This document shows, in pieces, positions 49,986-57,748 of a DNA stretch of 64,000 nt. Below the pieces are notes generated by a model. It made no database searches. It was not told where the DNA came from and saw only the letters and a program-made list of their open reading frames with translations. Source of the stretch: a bacterium (lineage in GTDB: Bacteria > Fidelibacterota > Fidelibacteria > Fidelibacterales > Fidelibacteraceae); NCBI GenBank assembly GCA_963676395.1, contig OY781066.1, forward strand, positions 1,024,001 to 1,088,000. Reading direction: 5' to 3'. The position numbers were made by a program, and so were the translations under genes. The first letter of the stretch is position 1. Each line of letters opens with the position of its first letter.

Positions 49986-52316
49986 ATGAGAAAACACATC
50001 ATTCCTATCGTCTTCTTGATGATCTTATCATTACTATATGCTCACGAAAGTGACCTTATCTACCAATCCAATAATATTGCCGATATCCATATAACTGTAA
50101 ACACTAATGCACTGACATGGATATATAACAATGTAGACAGCGACTCATTGCATCTTTCAAGTATTCGATATCAAAATGATTCACTGGATATCAGTATGGA
50201 TTCAGTTGGCTTTCGTCTTCGGGGAAATACCTCAAGAAATGCTGCCAAGAAATCATTCAAATTGGATTTTAATCAATTCGTCCCGGGCAGAAAATTATCC
50301 GGTGTAGAAAAGCTTAACTTGAAAGCCGAACAAAATGATCCCTCTTTAGTCCGTTCAAATTTTGCTTTTTCGCTCATGGAAAAAATTGGATTAGAAGCTT
50401 CAAGATTATGCTATGCTCGAGTATATATCAATGATAATTATATGGGGCTCTATAATATTATCGAACACATCGATGAAAACTTTTTGAATTATCACTTTGC
50501 TAATAATGATGGTAATCTATATAAATGTTTATACCCTGCCGACTTAAATTATTATGGACCGGATCCGCTATACCATCCCAATGCGGCCTGGGATCCCAAC
50601 CGCCCTTATGAAATAAAAACCAACAAACTTGAAAATGACCATCGTCAATTAGCTCATTTAATTGATGTAATAAATCACACGCTTTCCAGTGATTTAATGG
50701 ATTCTTTGGAATCTGTATTACAGGTCACAGATTTCATAAAATATCTTGCCGTTAATATCATGACCGGTTCCTGGGACGACTATAGATATCTTAGAAATAA
50801 TTATTATTTATACTACGACATTGACCTCGCAAAGTTCAGGTTCATCCCTTATGATTATGATAATACTTTTGGTATTGATTGGGTAGGTAGCTCTAATTGG
50901 GGAGACCCTAACTGGGCTCGCATCAACATGTATTCCTATACGGTCATGGATTCCGACGGCAGGCCCTTATCTGAACTTATTTTTAATACCCCCGAATACC
51001 GCGACTTGTTTACGCACTTCATTCAGTTTTATACCAACAATGTATTCAAAGAAGATCAATGGACAGATTATGGCGACAGTATCAAAGCCTTAATTCGTCC
51101 CGATGTGGTGAACGATACCTACTATCCTCGCGATCATGGTTTTAATATGAGTATTTTTGACGATTCTTACGATGAAGATCAACGATACAGGCATGTTGAG
51201 CGAGGTATATATGAGTTCATGCGAAAACGCCGGCAAACAACTAATGGGGATATTAACTGGCGTTATGCGGCGCCATCTATTTACCGACGGGACATAGAGC
51301 AAATTGGTACAAGCCTACATTTAGATCTTTCTGTATTTTCTGCCGCTGGTATCAAGAGTCTGGAATTAAAACTTTATGATGCAACTAGCAATGAAAATTC
51401 AAGCATTGCCATCAACATGGACCAGGATAGTCAAAGCAATTTGGTTGAATTATACGACCGTTGGACTTTAAGAACCCAAGTTGAAACCAACGATCATTAT
51501 TATAAGATCGTTGCAACAGATATAAATAATCAAGTCAGCACTTGGCCTCGCAAAGGCTTTCTTGAACTAAAAGATAGAAGCCATATATACAATTCTCTTT
51601 TCATTAATGAGATCATGGCTAAAAATGATGCCAGCATTGCTGATCCTGCAGGAGACTATGATGATTGGGTGGAAATCTATAATGCTTCATCACAGAGCAT
51701 TGATATGGAAGGCATGTTCCTGAGTGATCGAGAAGACAGTTTGGCAAAATGGGATTTCCCGGAGAACACCATCATTCATGCCGGAGATTATTTATTGATC
51801 TGGTGCGATAAAGATGGCGATCAGCATCAGGATGGTTTACATGCAAATTTCAAACTTTCCACCTCCGGAGAATACATTTCACTCACAGATAAAGACTCAA
51901 TCACCGTCATTGATGAAATACACTTTCCTGCTCTAAGTTCAGATGTTTCATATGGTCGAAATTTAGATGGTGGTGACAATTGGATTACTTTTTCAATTGC
52001 TACACCGGGAGCAACGAACAATGAAACCGACATTGATGTGCTTATTCCCATGACAACTGCTTTATTCCCCAACTACCCCAACCCTTTCAACCCAAGAACA
52101 GCGATTAGTTATCAGCTGTCAACTGCCAGTAATATCGAAGTGAATATTTTCAACGCAATGGGAAGAAAAGTCCATACATTGGTTAATAATTATCAACAAG
52201 CCGGTGTGTACAAACATAATTGGGATGCCTCTCACTTAGCTTCGGGGATATATCTGGCTGTTATGAAAGTAGATGGCTTTGTGTTTGGAACACAAAAGAT
52301 GTTGCTAGTCAAATAA
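49986..52316 (+). CDS. Secreted CotH-kinase-family protein with lamin-tail domain and T9SS-like C-terminal domain
   Basis: RLRGNTSR..KKSFK, IEHID, GNLYK, DDY....NNYYLY, IPYDYDNTFG. LTD: INEIMA.N..DWVEIYN. CTD: NYPNPFNP...LASG.Y. Confidence 0.9.
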   Translation: MRKHIIPIVFLMILSLLYAHESDLIYQSNNIADIHITVNTNALTWIYNNVDSDSLHLSSIRYQNDSLDISMDSVGFRLRGNTSRNAAKKSFKLDFNQFVPGRKLSGVEKLNLKAEQNDPSLVRSNFAFSLMEKIGLEASRLCYARVYINDNYMGLYNIIEHIDENFLNYHFANNDGNLYKCLYPADLNYYGPDPLYHPNAAWDPNRPYEIKTNKLENDHRQLAHLIDVINHTLSSDLMDSLESVLQVTDFIKYLAVNIMTGSWDDYRYLRNNYYLYYDIDLAKFRFIPYDYDNTFGIDWVGSSNWGDPNWARINMYSYTVMDSDGRPLSELIFNTPEYRDLFTHFIQFYTNNVFKEDQWTDYGDSIKALIRPDVVNDTYYPRDHGFNMSIFDDSYDEDQRYRHVERGIYEFMRKRRQTTNGDINWRYAAPSIYRRDIEQIGTSLHLDLSVFSAAGIKSLELKLYDATSNENSSIAINMDQDSQSNLVELYDRWTLRTQVETNDHYYKIVATDINNQVSTWPRKGFLELKDRSHIYNSLFINEIMAKNDASIADPAGDYDDWVEIYNASSQSIDMEGMFLSDREDSLAKWDFPENTIIHAGDYLLIWCDKDGDQHQDGLHANFKLSTSGEYISLTDKDSITVIDEIHFPALSSDVSYGRNLDGGDNWITFSIATPGATNNETDIDVLIPMTTALFPNYPNPFNPRTAISYQLSTASNIEVNIFNAMGRKVHTLVNNYQQAGVYKHNWDASHLASGIYLAVMKVDGFVFGTQKMLLVK

Positions 52317-52431
52317 TTCATATTCAAAATCCTTGGAAAGACATAAAGGGATCGGGAACCTCCAACCCTTTTGTACACCTCCCACTTAAAACAATACTCG
52401 TTAATAAATTGCGGCTTACCGAACATTTTTC

Positions 52432-52476
52432 TTGACATCCTCCGAACCTTATCATATTATTACTATAAGCTTAGTA
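52432..52476 (+). promoter_or_regulatory. blaI promoter with palindromic operator
   Basis: TTGACA (52432)-17 nt-TATTAT (52455), immediately followed by TACTA-N6-TAGTA (52461-52476). Confidence 0.75.
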
Positions 52477-52502
52477 GATAAACGAACACCTACGGAGTAA
52501 TC

Positions 52503-52895
52503 ATGATAAATAAGAATAAACTGACCCCGGCAGAATGGGAGATTATGGATGCGATCTGGAATCTTGGTGGTACGCCATCTGTGCGAGAGGTGCTTGAGCA
52601 CACCTATCCAAACGGAGAAAAGGCATATACCACCATCCAGACTTTGATGAACCTCTTGGAAAAGAAGGAACTGTTAACGCGTAAAAAGATTGGCTTGGTA
52701 AATTTTTATACAGCCACTCGACAACGTGAAGACATGCTCCAATCAGAAACCCAACATTTGATATCACGAGTTTTTAGAGGCTCGGCTCCGGCTCTTGCAA
52801 ATTTCCTCATCGCGGAGGAGGATCTTTCCTTGGATGATATCAAAAACATCAAAGCGCTTCTAAAAGAGAAAGAAGCACAGTTAAAGGAGAAGTAA
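52503..52895 (+). CDS. BlaI/MecI/CopY family repressor
   Basis: LT.AEWEIM..IW, YTTIQT....L.KK, F.GS...L, LS..DI. Confidence 0.93.
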   Translation: MINKNKLTPAEWEIMDAIWNLGGTPSVREVLEHTYPNGEKAYTTIQTLMNLLEKKELLTRKKIGLVNFYTATRQREDMLQSETQHLISRVFRGSAPALANFLIAEEDLSLDDIKNIKALLKEKEAQLKEK

Positions 52896-52896
52896 A

Positions 52897-54852
52897 ATGA
52901 TCAACTTACTTAACTCCTTCGCCGAAGTTTGGATGGAATATTTCGGCTATGCCATCCTTCAGAACACGCTCTTTCTCGCCGTGATCTTTTTGGCTTTGTA
53001 CTATTTGCGTGAAAAAAGCGCACGTGTACAATATGCCGTGGCGGCATTGGGACTTATCAAACTTTTGATACCTCCCTTCATGCCATTTACGATCCGTGAA
53101 GCCGCGACGGCGGCTTCTTCGGTCGGCTCAGTTGCAGTTGGTGATATTGCCATAACACCAGCAAACATCACAGTCAGTGCTCCCTCGCTTTCGCTTGGCA
53201 GTATTTTACTCTTACTTTGGGCATTTACTGCAATACTAATGCTGAGTGCTACCTTGGTTTCCACCTTAAAGCTTCGATGGTACTTGCGCAAGGCTCAATT
53301 CATCTCGCGCAATGAGATCGATGGAAAAACAGTTGATATTTTCCGCTCTGAAAATATTTCTGTACCTATGAGCGTTGGACTATTTCCCAACAAAGTCTAT
53401 GTCCCCGAACTTTGGGACACGCTCAGCGCTGAGCTAAAGCATTCGCTGCTGCGACATGAAGTGGCTCACATTAAGCGCAAAGATGGTATTTTAGGCGCAT
53501 TGCAAACCCTTGCTCAAGCCTTATATTTCTTTCATCCGCTTGTCTGGATGCTCACCGGCAAAGCTAATGAATTCCGCGAAATGGCCTGCGATGACATGGC
53601 AGTTGACAATTCGGATGTCACACCCATTGTTTACTCCCGTTGCCTCGTCCATGTGGCAGAGCATATGCTCCCCTCTTGGAGTTGTTCCTCCGCGTCCACG
53701 CTCATTAAACAGAAAAACAAACTTTACACTCGCGTGAACTATCAAGTGAAGGATAAGAAAATGAAAAAATTAAATAAGAATAAATCTCGATTGATTTGGA
53801 CCTTACTACTGGTACTTATTGTGCCTCTTTCATGGTATTGCAAACAGCCGGACGCTGTAGCTGGCCTAAAAAACAAAGACACCGGCAAGATCTATGGCAA
53901 AGTCATTGATGAAACTACAGGTGAAGCTCTTGTTGGAGCAAATATTATAGTACTCAACACATCTCAGGGTGCCGCTTCAAATGAAAAAGGTGAGTTTTTT
54001 GTATCAGAACTTAAACCGGGAAAACATGATATTAGATGCTCAATTATAGGTTATTCTGAAATCGTGATCAGTGGCATAAAAGTGGAAAACAGAAAATCAA
54101 CAGCACTTAATTTCAAGATGAAACCGGCTGCGATCACGGCCGAAAAAGTTGTGGTATTAGCAAAACCTAATTCGATTTCTATGCTTACATCACCTGAAAA
54201 AACAGCAGAACCGGAAGATATTGAGGAAAATTTTATTCCTTACGATACCCCTCCTTTGCCCATAGGTGGACAAGCTGCAATTGCTAAAAACATACGCTAC
54301 CCCAAAAAAGAAATGGATGCCGGTATTGAAGGAAATGTTCTAGTTCAAGCTTATATCGATATAGATGGTCATGTCAAAAAGACGAAAGTGCTCAAAGGGG
54401 TTTCAAATACAGGACTGGATAAAGCTGCAGAAGACGCTATAAAAAAAGTTAAATTCACCCCTGCAAAGCAACGCGATAAAGATGTTGAAGTTTGGGTTAC
54501 CATTCCGGTCCAATTCAAATTAGATAAACCCGAAAAAAAAGTTAAATTTATTCCTTATGATCAGCCTCCTGTACCGATTGACGGCACAAACGGCATTTCT
54601 AAATATATTGTCTATCCTAAAAAAGCGAAAGAAGCTGGAATAGAAGGAACGGTTGTTGTACAAGCAGAAATCGGTGTTGACGGTTTAGTTAAAGAAACTA
54701 TCATTCTTAAAGGTATTCCAAACAGTGGTTTAAACGAAGCCGCTAAAAAAGCTATTGAGCAAGTTAAATTCTATCCGGCCAAACAACGCGATAAAGATGT
54801 CGCCGTTTGGTTCACGATCCCGGTTGAATTTAAATTAGATAACAAAAAATGA
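52897..54852 (+). CDS. BlaR1-type M56 peptidase fused to a CarboxypepD_reg-like domain and two TonB C-terminal domains
   Basis: HEVAHIKRKD, FFHPLVW, REMACDD, then GKIYGKVIDETTGEAL.GANI, then two PYD.PP...YP...AGIEG.V.VQ units. Confidence 0.9.
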   Translation: MINLLNSFAEVWMEYFGYAILQNTLFLAVIFLALYYLREKSARVQYAVAALGLIKLLIPPFMPFTIREAATAASSVGSVAVGDIAITPANITVSAPSLSLGSILLLLWAFTAILMLSATLVSTLKLRWYLRKAQFISRNEIDGKTVDIFRSENISVPMSVGLFPNKVYVPELWDTLSAELKHSLLRHEVAHIKRKDGILGALQTLAQALYFFHPLVWMLTGKANEFREMACDDMAVDNSDVTPIVYSRCLVHVAEHMLPSWSCSSASTLIKQKNKLYTRVNYQVKDKKMKKLNKNKSRLIWTLLLVLIVPLSWYCKQPDAVAGLKNKDTGKIYGKVIDETTGEALVGANIIVLNTSQGAASNEKGEFFVSELKPGKHDIRCSIIGYSEIVISGIKVENRKSTALNFKMKPAAITAEKVVVLAKPNSISMLTSPEKTAEPEDIEENFIPYDTPPLPIGGQAAIAKNIRYPKKEMDAGIEGNVLVQAYIDIDGHVKKTKVLKGVSNTGLDKAAEDAIKKVKFTPAKQRDKDVEVWVTIPVQFKLDKPEKKVKFIPYDQPPVPIDGTNGISKYIVYPKKAKEAGIEGTVVVQAEIGVDGLVKETIILKGIPNSGLNEAAKKAIEQVKFYPAKQRDKDVAVWFTIPVEFKLDNKK

Positions 54853-54883
54853 TAAATTTCGAATAATAATAATTTCCAAACAC

Positions 54884-54914
54884 GTAGAGACGCGAAATAT
54901 CGCGTCTCTTTTTT
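54884..54914 (+). repeat. GTAG-type REP-like palindrome doubling as terminator
   Basis: GTAGAGACGCGA-aata-TCGCGTCTCT-TTTTT. Confidence 0.7.
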
Positions 54915-55055
54915 ATCAAGAATAAATTCATTCAAATGGCATTTTACATCGCAAAGTAAATCCCTTTCCCAAATAATTCATAATTTATAATTTCTTTGCC
55001 CTTAGCACCCTTTTCCCTATATTTCTGAAGATAAACAAATAGTCGGAGTGATCTC

Positions 55056-55445
55056 ATGCAAAAAGGATTTAAAATTTTTCTTATCATTGTGCTTATTGTT
55101 GTATTGCTTGGTGTTTTTGCTTATGTGGGTGGAACAAAAAATATGGACGAAGTCAAAGCCTATGTATTACCTCAAATTGATTTGACCACGATAGAGAATG
55201 GAACTTACGAAGGATCATGCGAGATTGGCCGTTGGGCTATGGATGTGAAAGTAACGGTTAAAGATCATCAATTCATAAACATTATTATGTCTGAAGACAG
55301 GCTCTCGAACATCACCCCCGAACTTGCAGACACTTGGAACGATGAAATTTTATTTATAGATGATCCTTCATTTGATGCTATCAGCGGTGCGACCATTACA
55401 TCAAAAGCATATATGATAGCTATCACAAATGCGCTAGAAGAATAA
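55056..55445 (+). CDS. Membrane-anchored FMN-binding domain protein
   Basis: N-terminal TM helix, GTYEG, V.VTV, flavinylation motif DAISGAT.TS. Confidence 0.9.
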   Translation: MQKGFKIFLIIVLIVVLLGVFAYVGGTKNMDEVKAYVLPQIDLTTIENGTYEGSCEIGRWAMDVKVTVKDHQFINIIMSEDRLSNITPELADTWNDEILFIDDPSFDAISGATITSKAYMIAITNALEE

Positions 55446-55460
55446 TATCACCTGATTTCT

Positions 55461-57704
55461 ATGCGCAAACATCTTCTTTTATTCATTATACTTTGTTTTC
55501 TATTGATATCCTGTAAAGATGTCTCTTATAAGGTTAATATTATTCCTTTTCCCAAAAAAATTGAACTCAACAAAAGACACTTTACTTTAAACAACAAAAC
55601 AAAGATCAATATTTCTAATGATTCGGATAGTTTGAGATTAATTGCAAATCTTTGCGCTGAACAACTCAACTCTCTTACAAATATTTCCCCGGACATTATT
55701 TCGGGAGATATCGACAACAATGTTATTTCATTTAATCTTATCGATAATAAAAACATGGGTAAAGAAGACTATCAAATCAATATTGATCGTCATTGTATTA
55801 AACTTAAAGCAGTAAGTACAAAGGGGTTATTCTATGCCTTTCAAAGTTTAAGACAATTATTACCAAATAATAAAATAGAACAGAGATCAAAGTGGAAAAT
55901 TCCCGGAGTATATATTGAAGATTCTCCTCGTTTCCCCTGGAGAGGTATGACTCTTGATGTCGCTCGGCATTTTATGCCGAAAGATATCGTAAAACGTTAT
56001 ATTGATATCATGTCATTTTATAAAATGAACATTCTTCATATTCATTTATGCGATGATCAAGGTTGGCGTATAGAGATCAAACAATACCCTATACTTACAG
56101 AGAAATCAGCTTGGAGAATAGATCATAATGGCAGCATCTATGGTGGCTTCTACACACAAAATGACATTAAAGAACTGATTGAATATGCGGCTCAAAGAAA
56201 TGTCGAGATCATCCCTGAGATTGAAATGCCCGGCCACGCAACAGCATTGCTTTCCGCCTTCCCGGAAATCTCATGTAAAGGTCAGGAAATTGCCGTCTCT
56301 AACTCATGGGGTATCCACGATAACACGATCTGTCCCGGAAAGGATACCAGTTATACGATCTTACAAAACATTCTTTCAGAGATCATTGAATTATTCCCCT
56401 CAAAATATATTCACTTAGGTGGTAATGAAACAAAATATAATTACTGGAATCAATGCTTAGCTTGCAAAAATTTATGCACCAAGAAACGTTTAAATTCAAG
56501 CAATCGACTCCAACATTACTTCTTCTCGAAAATGGTTGATTTTCTCGATAAACATAACAAAACCATGATAGGATGGGAAGAGATTATTCGTGGTGGCCTG
56601 CCAAAAAACTCCGTCGTCCAAGTCTGGAAAAATGACCGGATTATTAATTCAGCTACCTTTATGCAACACCCGGTTATCGTTTCTCTTAATCAAAATTCCT
56701 TTTTTCATCAAAACGTATATCAAACACCACTTCACACCGTATATGAGAATCCCATCATCCCCGAAGGACTCAAAAAAGATAGGGAAAAATATATACTGGG
56801 CGGTGAATGTTGTCTATGGACGGAGTACATCACTCCAAAAACAATAGATACTTTTGCTTTCCCAAGATTAATCGCATATTCTGAAATATTATGGTCACAA
56901 AAATCAGATAAAGATTTTGTTTCATTTTATCGTCGATTAGTAGACCATCGAGATTATAAAAATTTTTATAACATACAATTTGGAGATGAAGCTAAACCAA
57001 TCAGTCTGAAAGCAGATTTTGATGCGGAGCGAAAGAAATGCTTTATCAGCATGAGCGCGGCACATAAAGATATATCTATTCACTATTGTTATTCAGATAA
57101 AACACCCTACTACTATAGCAATATATATGATAAGCCTTTGGTCTTCTCCAACTCCGGCAAACTAACGGCTTTAGCTTTTGTGGGAAACCTGCCCTACGGT
57201 GAAGCATTACATTGGCAACATATAAATCACTCAGGACTCGGTATCGAACCCTTATTACAATATGAGTACGCACCAAAATATAATGCCGGTGGTGTCTTGG
57301 GTTTAACGGATGGCATTAAAGGCAGTCTAAATTATCTTGACGGAAACTGGCAAGGTTTTAAAAGTAAAAACCTTATTGCAATTATCGATCTTAAAAAAAC
57401 TCAAACCATAAATTCAATATCAATTTCATTTCTACACAATCCAAATGTTTGGATATTTGCTCCAAGAGAAGTCTCTTTTTACACATCTGATACAGGAATT
57501 GATTTTCAACAACATGCATGTTTATCTGCAAATACACCGGAGCAATTAAATCGCATTGTAATAGAAGAGTTTTCTAAATCATTTACTAATCTCAAAGCAC
57601 GTTATATAAAGGTCACGGCGAAAAACTTAAAAAAATGTCCCGATTGGCATCCTTCGGGTGGAAATCATGCCTGGTTATTTGCAGATGAAATAGTTATTAG
57701 ATAA
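55461..57704 (+). CDS. GH20 beta-N-acetylhexosaminidase-like lipoprotein with C-terminal F5/8-like domain; catalytic motif altered
   Basis: Lipobox LIS-C, D.PRF.WRG..LDVARHF, H.HL.DDQGWR, PEIEMPGH, HLGGNE, WTE, FPR. Confidence 0.9.
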   Translation: MRKHLLLFIILCFLLISCKDVSYKVNIIPFPKKIELNKRHFTLNNKTKINISNDSDSLRLIANLCAEQLNSLTNISPDIISGDIDNNVISFNLIDNKNMGKEDYQINIDRHCIKLKAVSTKGLFYAFQSLRQLLPNNKIEQRSKWKIPGVYIEDSPRFPWRGMTLDVARHFMPKDIVKRYIDIMSFYKMNILHIHLCDDQGWRIEIKQYPILTEKSAWRIDHNGSIYGGFYTQNDIKELIEYAAQRNVEIIPEIEMPGHATALLSAFPEISCKGQEIAVSNSWGIHDNTICPGKDTSYTILQNILSEIIELFPSKYIHLGGNETKYNYWNQCLACKNLCTKKRLNSSNRLQHYFFSKMVDFLDKHNKTMIGWEEIIRGGLPKNSVVQVWKNDRIINSATFMQHPVIVSLNQNSFFHQNVYQTPLHTVYENPIIPEGLKKDREKYILGGECCLWTEYITPKTIDTFAFPRLIAYSEILWSQKSDKDFVSFYRRLVDHRDYKNFYNIQFGDEAKPISLKADFDAERKKCFISMSAAHKDISIHYCYSDKTPYYYSNIYDKPLVFSNSGKLTALAFVGNLPYGEALHWQHINHSGLGIEPLLQYEYAPKYNAGGVLGLTDGIKGSLNYLDGNWQGFKSKNLIAIIDLKKTQTINSISISFLHNPNVWIFAPREVSFYTSDTGIDFQQHACLSANTPEQLNRIVIEEFSKSFTNLKARYIKVTAKNLKKCPDWHPSGGNHAWLFADEIVIR

Positions 57705-57748
57705 TCTGCAGGCAACAGGAATAACTACAATAACAACCATTAGGTATT

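Noticed and set aside
9495..52316. Sporulation implied by SplB-like and CotH-like genes
   Set aside because: Both families are widespread in non-sporulating bacteria. The window is clearly Gram-negative and has no sporulation regulators.
52503..54852. Beta-lactam resistance locus
   Set aside because: No beta-lactamase or PBP2a is adjacent, and the BlaR-like protein lacks a penicillin-binding domain.
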